A DNA stretch of 63,688 bases from a virus (IMGVR_UViG_3300027365_000013:1-63688), one strand, 5' to 3'. Counted from the stretch's first letter, positions 21,521-31,504 are shown. Translations and numbers: made by a program. The notes: generated by a model not told the origin, from the sequence alone.

Positions 21521-22153
21521 CTATCTGATATAGTAAAAAAGTTCATCATGAAACCCATATGAATAATCATATGAACCATATCCCCATACATCAAATTTAA
21601 GATTAGAATACTGATATACGGCACATTTCACTGTCTCTGATACACCAGCAAGTTTAATGATAGTATAGTCTGTGTTTTTCACATCAGTACCAGATATTTC
21701 GTCGTGGATGAACATACCTCGACTATAATCTGTAAGGTTAGATAATGACTGCACATCATAAACATTGGTTACATTTGCACTAGAAAGCTTCTGCTTAGAC
21801 ATGTATGTATTATTCCCATGTTCATCAATGACTAAGATTCCATCACCGAATGTATCTCTGAGTGATTTCCATTCATAGTCACCTACCACACCTAATGTGA
21901 CTGTGGTAGGTGTGGTTACATTCAACGCCGTAGTGATATTATTAGTATTATAGGCGAACATCATCCACCCTTCACCCGGCCTAACACTGAAACTACAATA
22001 GACATCAAATCCTACACCATCACTCAAAGGATCTACACGATATATTCCATCGCCATTAGCCAAACCCATATCGAGTATTTCTTGAGCGGACGCTGGTAAA
22101 TTAACGCCCTTAGCAAAGTGTACGCTTTTTATTGTAAGATTATTTGGTTTCAT
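21521..22153 (-). CDS. Fibrinogen-C-like domain protein (possible virion surface protein)
   Basis: DGIYRVDP...FDVYC...GWM pattern. Confidence 0.5.
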   Translation of the reverse strand: MKPNNLTIKSVHFAKGVNLPASAQEILDMGLANGDGIYRVDPLSDGVGFDVYCSFSVRPGEGWMMFAYNTNNITTALNVTTPTTVTLGVVGDYEWKSLRDTFGDGILVIDEHGNNTYMSKQKLSSANVTNVYDVQSLSNLTDYSRGMFIHDEISGTDVKNTDYTIIKLAGVSETVKCAVYQYSNLKFDVWGYGSYDYSYGFHDELFYYIR

Positions 22154-22169
22154 CTACCTATCTCCACAA

Positions 22170-22496
22170 TCAATAACTATCATTCACAATGACGCCTTCA
22201 GGTTTCTCATCGGAAACTGCCAAAATGCTTTTATATTCAGCAAGCCAATAATCTTGGATCTCACCATCATCATTTTTTTCACGGAACTTATGTGTCCATC
22301 GCCCATGCTCTATATAGACCCACATACCCTCTTTAACTAAAGTGGCTTCTTCTCCAACCTTATAGACTTTGGCCCATCGTGAACGAATGCCATGTGTTTT
22401 GCCATCATCGTCTCGCAGCACAATACCAGATTTAGTCTTTCTTTCACCATGTTCAAGATCTTCGACAATTATACGTTCACCAAATGCTTCGATCAT
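22170..22496 (-). CDS. groES: GroES-like co-chaperonin
   Basis: GERIIVE...KTKSGIVL...VYKVG...VKEG...ILAV. Confidence 0.8.
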   Translation of the reverse strand: MIEAFGERIIVEDLEHGERKTKSGIVLRDDDGKTHGIRSRWAKVYKVGEEATLVKEGMWVYIEHGRWTHKFREKNDDGEIQDYWLAEYKSILAVSDEKPEGVIVNDSY

Positions 22497-22879
22497 TCTT
22501 CATCTCCTTCTTTAGAATCAATATTTTCACCAGTGTCGGTTGATTCTGCTTTAGCTGATGACTCAGTATCTTGCTTTTTAGTGGATTGTTTACTCTCAGT
22601 GCGTTTCTGAGTTGTAGATTTCTTTCTAGAAGCTGAACTAAGATCTGGAAGATCTTCATCAACCTCATCAAGAAGAGATGACTTAATAACACTATTGCTA
22701 ACATTTTTATTGTATTCACGTGCACGATCTTCTTTAGTCTGTTTAACACGACCATGTTCATCAAGAATATCTCCACGCGCATTCATGTTGGCATTTCCAA
22801 CTGCTTGGTCAGAATCTTTCCCTCTGACGATATCCTCAAAGTCCACTACTTTACCTTTATACGTTCTATGCTTAGCCAT
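22493..22879 (-). CDS. Hypothetical protein
   Basis: 128-aa ORF with low-complexity tail. Confidence 0.7.
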   Translation of the reverse strand: MAKHRTYKGKVVDFEDIVRGKDSDQAVGNANMNARGDILDEHGRVKQTKEDRAREYNKNVSNSVIKSSLLDEVDEDLPDLSSASRKKSTTQKRTESKQSTKKQDTESSAKAESTDTGENIDSKEGDEE

Positions 22880-22894
22880 ACATTTTCCTCACTT

Positions 22895-23440
22895 TTAATC
22901 TTTAAAAAATTCTCTATAGTCAATGCCGTATTTCATTGGATTGACTTTATTTATACCTATCAAATAGAGTATGAAACACGCAACAGAGCTACCTCGCCCG
23001 ACACCCCATACAATATTATTTTCCCTCATTACATCAACCAGATAAATCATTAAGTTTATAATGATTCCCTGATCACGCTTTATAAACTCTTGTAGTTCAA
23101 GTACTAAGCGCTGTTTTTCTTCTTCAGTTGTACATTTCTCTGATAAAAAACTTACAACATCAATGTTCCTATATTCTTTAGGTATAAGCCAAGTTTCAGA
23201 GAGTCGTTTGAAATAATTATCAACACTCTCATTTATATAGTCACTTTTGAATGGTGTGGGATCAATTACAAATTCCTTACAACTCGTTTCATAAAGATCC
23301 CTATCATCTTTATCTTTCAATGAACATCCAGCAACATCGTTTCCAGAAAGCATTGCTTCAATGACTTCATCGGTCGATAATACGACTCTACCATATTCAT
23401 CGATAGAGTCTATAAGCTTTTTATCACGTATCATCTTCAT
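22895..23440 (-). CDS. Stand-alone fragment homologous to DNA polymerase III alpha (DnaE)
   Basis: RL..EL..., GVGRGSS....LYLIGI.KVNP.KY.I...F is the DnaE GRGS region; the protein ends before the catalytic PDID motif. Confidence 0.75.
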   Translation of the reverse strand: MKMIRDKKLIDSIDEYGRVVLSTDEVIEAMLSGNDVAGCSLKDKDDRDLYETSCKEFVIDPTPFKSDYINESVDNYFKRLSETWLIPKEYRNIDVVSFLSEKCTTEEEKQRLVLELQEFIKRDQGIIINLMIYLVDVMRENNIVWGVGRGSSVACFILYLIGINKVNPMKYGIDYREFFKD

Positions 23441-24432
23441 AGTTTAACTATAGTCGGGCCTTTCTTAGGGGGTTCATCGTCATCATCTGAATCGTTACTA
23501 TTAGTCTCCTGAGATTCCTTAGTATCGGATTTCGAATTATAAGTTTTCTCTAGCGTACTCATAATGGAATTACGAATTGTACCTTCATTATCATCATAGT
23601 CCCCAAACATAGTGCCGTCGGATATGGACTCAATGGCTTCTTGAAGATCAAAACCAAGACTTTCGGCTAATTCTTGGATCTCTTCTAGAAGTTCTCTGGG
23701 TATCTCACCCGTTTCATTGTAATCGTCAAGAATTCTACGAGCAAGACTAACATCGCGTTCAAGATTTTCAGTCTTCTCATTAATAGCATCCATATCAACA
23801 CCCAAGTCAATGTTATACGCTACAAGGTTTCCTAACTCTTCGTCAGTTAGATCATCCAAGTTATTAAAGAAGTCTCGTAGTTCACCTGTTGGGCGTTTCC
23901 ACCATGGGTTTTCAACCACAATGTCTTCAGCCGAATCACCAGCACTATCAAGCATCTCCCGTATACCATCCATCCACGCTTCTTCGTCAATCAACGGATT
24001 TTCTACTTTGAGAGAATCCACGTCCAAGTCTACTTCTACCTCAATTGGTACAGTGGTGTTATAACGAAATTCTACAACATCCATGGTGGAACCAAGAATA
24101 GCTTGTGTTTTGTAATACATAAATGTCGCGAATTCATATGCAGTAAACTCTGGCACAGGGATTTCAATAGTTGGAAGATTGATTTCACCAGTGACAAACT
24201 TAGGAGTGGATTGTGAAAAAGAAGAAATTGCCAAAGAACCATTAATATTTGATAGGAAATTCTTTGCCGCCTTGATCTTTTCTGCACTGGTAACGCCATG
24301 AATCATCTTAACTTTAAATTCAAAGCTTCCCACGTAGCTTTTAATAGATAAGGTATCATCTTCGAACATCAGTATTACTGAAGGGTCTGTTTTATACGAA
24401 AATACCGCTTTTATATTACTTTCTTTACTCAT
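23437..24432 (-). CDS. Hypothetical acidic protein
   Basis: 331-aa ORF. Confidence 0.7.
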   Translation of the reverse strand: MSKESNIKAVFSYKTDPSVILMFEDDTLSIKSYVGSFEFKVKMIHGVTSAEKIKAAKNFLSNINGSLAISSFSQSTPKFVTGEINLPTIEIPVPEFTAYEFATFMYYKTQAILGSTMDVVEFRYNTTVPIEVEVDLDVDSLKVENPLIDEEAWMDGIREMLDSAGDSAEDIVVENPWWKRPTGELRDFFNNLDDLTDEELGNLVAYNIDLGVDMDAINEKTENLERDVSLARRILDDYNETGEIPRELLEEIQELAESLGFDLQEAIESISDGTMFGDYDDNEGTIRNSIMSTLEKTYNSKSDTKESQETNSNDSDDDDEPPKKGPTIVKL

Positions 24433-24755
24433 AGTTCACCTGTTATAATTGTTTTTATATTGTTTCTCAATGCCTCAGATACAATGTTAGGTTTGTATGC
24501 AGAGAACACCCGTTCCTTAATACTTCGGTTCGATGTACCATAATTATGGTCTTTTCCGTGATCCCAATGAATACCGTCCTTAGTTACCACTACCCTAACC
24601 AACGTTAGGTCTGATTTTCCAAATTTTTTGTACACTGTGTACACAATTTTTTCAACCTGCTTTTCATTGCCATAATATGCGTCCAATGCGATATAACGCT
24701 CATTTCCAACATGATACATTGATGATACGGGAATACCTTCAGATTTTTTCAACAA
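24429..24755 (-). CDS. Hypothetical protein
   Basis: GGAGG RBS before TTG start. Confidence 0.6.
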   Translation of the reverse strand: MLKKSEGIPVSSMYHVGNERYIALDAYYGNEKQVEKIVYTVYKKFGKSDLTLVRVVVTKDGIHWDHGKDHNYGTSNRSIKERVFSAYKPNIVSEALRNNIKTIITGEL

Positions 24756-24767
24756 TTACCTCCAATA

Positions 24768-25040
24768 TTAAAGCTCAATAAGTTTTTCTTTTTCAGCACC
24801 ATCTTCATTGATAGTGGTTAAAAGTAGTACTGGTTTATCAAATGCTTTTTGCATCAGTTCCATTGAACCTTTTAAATCATCCATGTCATCAAAATCACCT
24901 AAGCCAATTGCTTTAAGCGTCCACGCTTCGATATCACCATGCTTGTCGTAATATACCTCATGGATTGAATAAGTCACACCATCATCAAATTCATTTAATG
25001 GCTCATGTTCTTTTTTGATAACTCTGTAATTCCATGTCAT
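24768..25040 (-). CDS. Conserved-looking phage hypothetical protein
   Basis: WNYRV...IHEVYYD...AF.KPVL. Confidence 0.65.
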   Translation of the reverse strand: MTWNYRVIKKEHEPLNEFDDGVTYSIHEVYYDKHGDIEAWTLKAIGLGDFDDMDDLKGSMELMQKAFDKPVLLLTTINEDGAEKEKLIEL

Positions 25041-25052
25041 TGTTTGGATACC

Positions 25053-25553
25053 TCACAAATCGAACTTATATTCACCTGTTATACCCAGTACCGAACCAGA
25101 TATTAGTGACATCTTAACAACAAACTGTTGTACGTCAACCTTAGTGTATAGAGAAGGTACCGGCAATATATCACTACCAAGACTAAAATGGTCCTTATAA
25201 CCACTTGTCAATAGGATCTCAGCACCAAAAGAAACATAATTAAACACCTCATAAAGATCCTTATGAAATCCTAATGCATAAGATTCTTCATCGTATGAGT
25301 TATTGAATCTGGAAAAGCTAACACTCCTACCATCACCTGTAGAAAGTTTCAATCCTATAAAGTTGTTACTTTCGTTATAATCGTTACGTTGATTATTGAC
25401 TTCATCTTTATAAGACTGTGTGAATAAATGCTTTGTATATAATCCATGTACCACCGAGAACGTTTCTACCTCAGTGAAAAATGTATTATCTGCATAACTA
25501 TACATTGGTGTGAAGAACAGTATTAAGACAAACATTAATTTTGAAAGATTCAT
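25053..25553 (-). CDS. Secreted small outer-membrane beta-barrel protein (PagP/PagL-like)
   Basis: Signal peptide (SYA|D), YNE.N..IG, FNNSY..ES, SGY, C-terminal YKF. Confidence 0.5.
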   Translation of the reverse strand: MNLSKLMFVLILFFTPMYSYADNTFFTEVETFSVVHGLYTKHLFTQSYKDEVNNQRNDYNESNNFIGLKLSTGDGRSVSFSRFNNSYDEESYALGFHKDLYEVFNYVSFGAEILLTSGYKDHFSLGSDILPVPSLYTKVDVQQFVVKMSLISGSVLGITGEYKFDL

Positions 25554-25583
25554 TGAAAAGTACCTAAACGATAAATAATATTA

Positions 25584-26009
25584 ATGAATATAGAAAATCT
25601 TGAAGAACATAAATTAGTATTTGGTCCTATGGTCTATATCTATTGGATATACAATGGACTTACTATAACATCGTTCAACAATACGTCAATAAACTTTCAC
25701 ATATCTAACAACCCCAATCTAACCGATAGTATCATATTTCCGAAACTCACTGACATAAGTGAAAAGGAATTACTAGATACGATCAAGGTCATACTCGACC
25801 TCATTGATCATTCTGCTAAAACATATAATGGTGAAAGGAAAGAATTTACTGCATACTTTTTGTTACAAATACATTATGGTGAAAATCCCAAGAAAAGCAT
25901 AGAATCCTTAGAAAAAGATAATAAAAACATCAACATAACGCACGTTGGTGAGACAAAAACAGCAGGCATAAGTTTTTATAAATATGAAATAAATGTGAGG
26001 AAGGACTAA
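25584..26009 (+). CDS. Hypothetical protein
   Basis: GATAAATA late-like motif at 25570-25577. Confidence 0.6.
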   Translation: MNIENLEEHKLVFGPMVYIYWIYNGLTITSFNNTSINFHISNNPNLTDSIIFPKLTDISEKELLDTIKVILDLIDHSAKTYNGERKEFTAYFLLQIHYGENPKKSIESLEKDNKNINITHVGETKTAGISFYKYEINVRKD

Positions 26010-26023
26010 CCTTCCTCACATTT
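25991..26023. terminator. Hairpin between convergent genes
   Basis: aaatgtgaggaagg-actaa-ccttcctcacattt. Confidence 0.65.
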
Positions 26024-26039
26024 TCTAGTACCTGCTTTC

Positions 26040-26669
26040 TTAAGACTGTTGGGCTTCTTTCAGAGCCTTGAGCTGGCGATCATATTTCATGATACGGGAG
26101 CGACCAGTTTTCTCAACTGGACGAAGCCAGTAGTTTACTTGCTCTACAGTCACAATCTCATTTTCCAGAATTGCTTCAGCGTCGCTGGTGCCGCGAAGAG
26201 CATCATACTTAGTGAAGCCACGACCATTGCTATGACGGCTATCACGCATTGCTTTTTCATCTTCTACTTGTTCGTTGTACAGTGCAATCAGTGACTCGGC
26301 CACAAATGCGCAACGTTCTTCGAAAGATTTGGACGCCATGGTGCGAACAAACTGGCGGTTACGACGAACAGACTCTTTTTCCATCGGTTCACCATCAGTC
26401 TTAACATAAACAGCCAGTGGACGACCACGCTTACCAGTAGACATTTGGTCTACTTTCTTGATAAGACCATCACGTTCCAGTGCATTCAGGCGGTTACGTA
26501 CAGTAACCTTGGACTGCTTCGCAACACGACGTACATCAGCGGCAGTGAACTGACCTTCGTGCTGTTCCAGAAACTTCTCTACTGCGCGTTTGGTGCTACG
26601 GGCGCGTTTGGTGAGTGGGCGACCAACAGAACGAGTAGCTTGTACTTGAGTAGTAGTTTGAGTAGTCAT
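26040..26669 (-). CDS. Early winged-HTH protein with AT-hook-like GRP motifs and an extra C-terminal domain (copy 1)
   Basis: FTAADV...SKVTVRNRLNAL..GLI; VGRPL and KRGRPL motifs; paralog of 31505..31783. Confidence 0.7.
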   Translation of the reverse strand: MTTQTTTQVQATRSVGRPLTKRARSTKRAVEKFLEQHEGQFTAADVRRVAKQSKVTVRNRLNALERDGLIKKVDQMSTGKRGRPLAVYVKTDGEPMEKESVRRNRQFVRTMASKSFEERCAFVAESLIALYNEQVEDEKAMRDSRHSNGRGFTKYDALRGTSDAEAILENEIVTVEQVNYWLRPVEKTGRSRIMKYDRQLKALKEAQQS

Positions 26670-26717
26670 AATGTAATCCCTCTGGTTGTTTATGTCGTTT
26701 CTCGACGTTATGTGTAT

Positions 26718-26746
26718 ATTATAGGTGATCTAATTTTAAATTACAA
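26718..26746 (-). promoter_or_regulatory. sigma70-type early promoter TTGTAA-17bp-TATAAT
   Basis: -35 at 26746-26741, -10 at 26723-26718; near-identical to 31418-31446. Confidence 0.75.
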
Positions 26747-26766
26747 CCCCTTTTTTATTTTTTTTT

Positions 26767-27159
26767 TCAAACTTTTTTCCAATATCCGTAAACCATCTTG
26801 TTTCTGCAATCCCATGTATCATGTACTACGTTATCTATCACTGCAACATAATGTTTGCTCATTCTCGCAATGATGTTACCAGACGGAAGATCGTAATAAC
26901 GCGCTTTACGCCCTTCGAACTTCGGAGCAGAATGCCATACCCACCCCAGAGTTTTAAGCGCTTGGGACATGTCTTCTTTATAGATACCGTTTGCAATCTG
27001 CCCATTACCTTGTTTACCATTCTTAGCGGCGGCTTTAAGGACAGAACGTGCTTCTTTATATGAGAGGCCACATGCTAGTGCAACCGCACGAATACCACAG
27101 TCGCCATTCGAACGAAATCCTGCTTTCTCTCGTCCACCATCATTATATACAAAGCTCAT
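26767..27159 (-). CDS. Small putative Cys-His-Asp (papain-like) fold protein
   Basis: GDCGIRA...HYVAV...DTWD. Confidence 0.45.
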   Translation of the reverse strand: MSFVYNDGGREKAGFRSNGDCGIRAVALACGLSYKEARSVLKAAAKNGKQGNGQIANGIYKEDMSQALKTLGWVWHSAPKFEGRKARYYDLPSGNIIARMSKHYVAVIDNVVHDTWDCRNKMVYGYWKKV

Positions 27160-27221
27160 ACACAACCTCATCGTTACTTATAAATCTATTATAACAAAAT
27201 TCTAACATCTATACAAACAAA

Positions 27222-27245
27222 AAAAGAGGCTATAAAGCCTCTTTT
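27222..27245. terminator. Intrinsic terminator
   Basis: aaaagaggc-tataaa-gcctctttt. Confidence 0.65.
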
Positions 27246-27825
27246 ATTCTTCATCGTCTAAAAAGTTAAATAACTTATCATTGGGTTTGTAGTCTTTATC
27301 AGTCATCGTCTTCATCAACTGACCAATTCTCGTGTTACCGACAAGTTCCTGTGGTGATACATTTTCATCATGCATATCATAACCCATTCTGGGTATATGA
27401 TAGTCACCGTCATCATTTTTGTAGTTGTCTAGTAATGAGTTTTGAAGATTCTGATATTCTTTTTTCGCTTTACGTGAAGGGTCGAATAAATTATAAACGA
27501 TGAAACTTTTGAAAGGAAGTCTCAAGGCTTCGAAAATTAACATCTTCAGCTCTTCTGCGGTTGCGCTCATTCCTAACTCAATTTCTACAGAAGATACAAT
27601 ACCAAACGGTTCTATTGGAAACTCAACTGGATTCTCATGCAGATAGGACTTAGTTGGTTCTGAAATGTCAATCACATCCAACGGTTCGAGCAAAGGTCGT
27701 AGTGTCTCTTCGATAAACCTCTCATCCATCTCCATGTTTAACATCTTGATTTCAAAGCGATATGTTTTACGATTTTTATTGAAGTATTGTCTAAAAGTAC
27801 GATAATGACGCGTATAAGTATGCAT
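27244..27825 (-). CDS. Hypothetical (probably late) protein
   Basis: 193-aa ORF; AATAAATA upstream. Confidence 0.65.
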   Translation of the reverse strand: MHTYTRHYRTFRQYFNKNRKTYRFEIKMLNMEMDERFIEETLRPLLEPLDVIDISEPTKSYLHENPVEFPIEPFGIVSSVEIELGMSATAEELKMLIFEALRLPFKSFIVYNLFDPSRKAKKEYQNLQNSLLDNYKNDDGDYHIPRMGYDMHDENVSPQELVGNTRIGQLMKTMTDKDYKPNDKLFNFLDDEE

Positions 27826-27905
27826 TTATTCCTTTCCTTTATTTGCAGTATATTACTATTTATTGATTATTTAAAATAAATACACATAGTATTACAAAGA
27901 AAAGA

Positions 27906-28256
27906 GTGTACATTATGATTTTTTACGGCTCTGAATTTTTCATCTTCAACAATGAAGACATACGAGAAGAAAATATAAGTATAACAATTGATAATATAAT
28001 AGCAGAATACGAAGAAAGCTATTTCGCATCTGGTGGAGACAAGCTTGCGACCGTAGACGCTAGATGGTGTGTGTTTTATAACGAAGAAAACAAACCTTCA
28101 TATTTCTACTGCTTCACCTTTGTACAATTCCATGATGAGAAACAGTTCAATTATTTTAAACTAAAATGTCCCAAGTTCTACTCTGAACTCAGGACATCAG
28201 GGTTAGCAATAACAATCAGTGATATAGAGTCTAAGCTTCATGCAAAGCTGGCTTAA
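27906..28256 (+). CDS. Hypothetical protein
   Basis: FNYFKLK motif. Confidence 0.55.
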   Translation: MYIMIFYGSEFFIFNNEDIREENISITIDNIIAEYEESYFASGGDKLATVDARWCVFYNEENKPSYFYCFTFVQFHDEKQFNYFKLKCPKFYSELRTSGLAITISDIESKLHAKLA

Positions 28257-28956
28257 ACCATTTCCATGCACCATATAGCGCATTCAGTAAGAACACAATC
28301 CACATCAGTAGGGTAGCAATTCCATCAGGATTTCCCAACATGAACGATTGTAGCCACATGTAAATACTGATTACATCCACAACGATCCAAAGAATCCACT
28401 GCTCTTTCATCCGTGCAGCCATAAGAACCATTGCAACAATAGATAGAATAGTTGTTGTTGCATCCAGTACTACAAGCTTACCACCTACGAGATATAAAAC
28501 GTATGAAGTAAGTGCAATAAGTACGGGTACTGAAAGAACTCCAATTAGTTTCTGAACTTTACTTAGACTGGTAACGATTACCGACTGTGATTCGGTGGCA
28601 TCTACGTCACCACTATTTTTATACCAAAAATAGAAACCAATGAACTGCATCGGTAGATAGTAAGCCGCATTCAGGACTGTCTCACCATAATACCCCCATG
28701 TATACGCAAGACATGCATAAGTGACAACGCCGACAGTACCCCAAATATAATTCGACAACTTACCTTGCGCTACAAGAATAACACACACTACGTTAGCCAA
28801 TGCACTAATGATGGAAATAGTAGATCCACCCATCATTAGTGTGATACCAACAATGGCAGCACATGCCAATGTCAACCACGTATAATCAAAAGGCTTCCAT
28901 CCTTTGAAGTCATCAATCAAGAAATTCAGTGCGCTCATCGTACATTCTCCATGCAT
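28231..28956 (-). CDS. pnuC: Nicotinamide riboside transporter PnuC
   Basis: Multi-TM; GKLSNY, YYLPMQFIG..W, LDA.TT, EQWILW; adjacent to nadR. Confidence 0.9.
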   Translation of the reverse strand: MHGECTMSALNFLIDDFKGWKPFDYTWLTLACAAIVGITLMMGGSTISIISALANVVCVILVAQGKLSNYIWGTVGVVTYACLAYTWGYYGETVLNAAYYLPMQFIGFYFWYKNSGDVDATESQSVIVTSLSKVQKLIGVLSVPVLIALTSYVLYLVGGKLVVLDATTTILSIVAMVLMAARMKEQWILWIVVDVISIYMWLQSFMLGNPDGIATLLMWIVFLLNALYGAWKWFKPALHEA

Positions 28957-29984
28957 TGTTTGATTAGATTATATGCCTTATTAAGACGCTCTTTGTAATT
29001 ACCACTAATGATAACATAATCGCTCATGCTTGGATACTTTTCTAGCATATAAATGAACGTATGTGACGCTTTCTTACGCAATTCCTTAGTTCCATGCTGA
29101 CGCAACCCATCATCAACCCAAGGTACATCATCCTTGAGGTAAATAATAAGATCATAGTTTTCAATACCAATCATATATTCTACTGCTTTATTAACTTCAC
29201 CATCATATAGATACTCGTAAAATGCTGTCACAAAAGCGTTGGTATCTGCAATCAGTACGCGATTAGCCGTTCTGGCCGCTTCGTCTTCATCTTCTTTTCT
29301 ACGAAACGCAATCTTTGCGTAGTCTTCACTAGTTAGAAGAGATTCGTCACCAAACAAGTCTTCTTCGCAGTATTTTCGACCGTATTCCTCAACCCATGAA
29401 GTGGCAAACATCTTGGCGAGATACTTTGTAAGAGTCGTCTTTCCACAGCTTTCTGTGCCGATAATGGCAACGCGATAAACAAATTCTTTTCGCACAACAG
29501 AAGGTAGATAATCCCAATGCTTAAACAATTCACCACGTACCATAGTTGCTGAAATTGGAAAATTGTCACGGTCAGGATCAATCAATACATGCTCTGATTT
29601 TGGGAAATATGTTTTAAAACCTTCGTCGTATTCAACCTCAGAAGAAAAAACATAATCAGTACTATTTTTACCAAAATGCTTCTTCAGCTTTTCTTCCACC
29701 AGCTTTGTGTACGCATCCCAACCATTGGGATACTCAGGGATTTCAGATTCATCAACATAATCAACAATAATATGATCAAAATCCCTATAGGTTTCTTTTA
29801 ACCAACGAAGACGATTCTTGAGGGTGAGTTTATCCGCCATGTATGGTGTTTGTTTTTCACGCCATCGTTCATCATATGATAACAGTACCAACAGTGTATC
29901 ACACTGTGTCGATGCTTGATTGATAAAGTTAATATGCCCCGTTGTAAGTGGGGCAAACTTACCTACGACAAATCCGGTTTTCAT
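28935..29984 (-). CDS. nadR: NadR-type NMN adenylyltransferase / ribosylnicotinamide kinase (no HTH)
   Basis: GKFAPLTTGH, ISAT, GTESCGKTT, EYGR, PWVDDGLR. Confidence 0.9.
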   Translation of the reverse strand: MKTGFVVGKFAPLTTGHINFINQASTQCDTLLVLLSYDERWREKQTPYMADKLTLKNRLRWLKETYRDFDHIIVDYVDESEIPEYPNGWDAYTKLVEEKLKKHFGKNSTDYVFSSEVEYDEGFKTYFPKSEHVLIDPDRDNFPISATMVRGELFKHWDYLPSVVRKEFVYRVAIIGTESCGKTTLTKYLAKMFATSWVEEYGRKYCEEDLFGDESLLTSEDYAKIAFRRKEDEDEAARTANRVLIADTNAFVTAFYEYLYDGEVNKAVEYMIGIENYDLIIYLKDDVPWVDDGLRQHGTKELRKKASHTFIYMLEKYPSMSDYVIISGNYKERLNKAYNLIKQCMENVR

Positions 29985-30117
29985 AATATGCTCCTAGTTT
30001 TAGAAACAATTTACCATATCGAGATTTCATAGTCAAAACATTAGTACCCGAAATCTATGGTACTGTTATTGATTCTTCACGAAAAATCTTGCTTTTAAAC
30101 AGTCACCGTGATATAAT

Positions 30118-30474
30118 TTGAGAAAATTAAGCAAGGTTGTGACTATGAACCATACTAATAGCAGTGAAGTTACCGTGATTCGTAAAGAGGCTGGGGAACT
30201 AAAATCAACACAGGCTTACCATGACTCACTTATTGAGATTTCGACCGATCGCAGTAAATCTGGATCTATGGTAATTGGTTTAATCAAAGCGGAACTTGAG
30301 GGGAAATATAATGAGTTAGAAGTTGACTTCGAATTCGACCTCAAACTTCGTCCCAAGAATAGCAAGAATAGATGGACAGAATATGAAAGTGCACCAAAGC
30401 TTATTCTTAAGTTTTACAATAAAAGGTCATATAATAAATTCAAGCTAGTAGAAGGACTCATAGGAAAAGATTAA
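30118..30474 (+). CDS. Hypothetical protein
   Basis: YNKFKL motif; start may be MNHTN. Confidence 0.55.
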   Translation: MRKLSKVVTMNHTNSSEVTVIRKEAGELKSTQAYHDSLIEISTDRSKSGSMVIGLIKAELEGKYNELEVDFEFDLKLRPKNSKNRWTEYESAPKLILKFYNKRSYNKFKLVEGLIGKD

Positions 30475-30707
30475 TGTCTAATACACGAATAGAAGTTGTG
30501 AATAAGGAAGAGCCAAGCGTTGAACTCACAGTAGACTTATACGCAGAGAACATCCCACCATGCTGCTACTTCAGAACTTATGACGAACATATAACTATTG
30601 GACTATGCTGGTCCCTTATATATCGTATCGAACATCAAAAACCGTTCGCAGGCATGTGTGACATGTGTGATGTAAACACCGTATCACCGATTAAAGACAA
30701 TAAATAA
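30474..30707 (+). CDS. Small Cys-rich protein
   Basis: CC...CW...CDMCD. Confidence 0.55.
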   Translation: MSNTRIEVVNKEEPSVELTVDLYAENIPPCCYFRTYDEHITIGLCWSLIYRIEHQKPFAGMCDMCDVNTVSPIKDNK

Positions 30708-30731
30708 TCAACTTCACATACAGAGGATGTA

Positions 30732-30968
30732 ATGGAGCCTATTAATACAACTGTAATTATCGAAAAAGTGACGTATTATGTTACGATTTCACATATAGAG
30801 CAAAATTTCAAAGATGATAGTTCACGCTATCATATTGATTACAAGGTAGAGCCCGACCCAAAATCAAGCTATCATTACGAAATGATACGCAACCGTCTAA
30901 ATAACTTATGTAATATTACGTATAGAAATTATCTTTTAAGAAGGGAAAGCAACAATGAAAATGAATAA
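30732..30968 (+). CDS. Hypothetical protein
   Basis: GAGG RBS, 78 aa. Confidence 0.55.
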   Translation: MEPINTTVIIEKVTYYVTISHIEQNFKDDSSRYHIDYKVEPDPKSSYHYEMIRNRLNNLCNITYRNYLLRRESNNENE

Positions 30969-31341
30969 GCTATCCTTAACCACCTTGCTTTTATCAACAA
31001 TGATACTACTGTTTGGTGCATCAGCAGCACACTCAAAAACAGAGAGTGAATATGCAGTAGAGCATTGTGCTACGGTAAATGGTCAAGTAGAACATGTCCT
31101 TAAAGATTCTACCCGCGTTGATTGTCTGACTGAGTATGACGCTATTGAATATGACTTCACCTATAAATGGTACGAATGTATCACGCAGGCTCTTTATTAT
31201 CGTAAAATGACTGGTATGCAAGCACTATGTGGGTTGATACGCAAAAACGGTACTTATATAGAAACCGAACATATTAAACGGGCCATTGATACTGTCAAGG
31301 AGTTTAATATACCAGTCTATATCTTCGTCATTGATCAATGA
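30955..31341 (+). CDS. Signal-peptide protein with PD-(D/E)XK-like motif
   Basis: Hydrophobic leader; E...RVDC...IEYDF..KWYE.I.QAL.Y. Confidence 0.45.
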   Translation: MKMNKLSLTTLLLSTMILLFGASAAHSKTESEYAVEHCATVNGQVEHVLKDSTRVDCLTEYDAIEYDFTYKWYECITQALYYRKMTGMQALCGLIRKNGTYIETEHIKRAIDTVKEFNIPVYIFVIDQ

Positions 31342-31364
31342 GATAACACAGGAAGATGGAAAGC

Positions 31365-31396
31365 AAATTAAAAGCCCGTATACGGGCTTTTAATTT
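31365..31396. terminator. Perfect 32-bp palindrome, bidirectional-terminator-like
   Basis: aaattaaaagcccgta|tacgggcttttaattt. Confidence 0.7.
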
Positions 31397-31417
31397 ATAT
31401 ATTTTTCATAAAAGGGG

Positions 31418-31446
31418 TTGTAATTTAAAATTAGATCGCCTATAAT
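31418..31446 (+). promoter_or_regulatory. sigma70-type early promoter TTGTAA-17bp-TATAAT
   Basis: Direct reading; inverted twin of 26718-26746. Confidence 0.75.
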
Positions 31447-31504
31447 AGTTACATAAAGTTGAGGAACGGTCCTCAACGATCAAACCAAAAAGAGGAATTA
31501 CACT

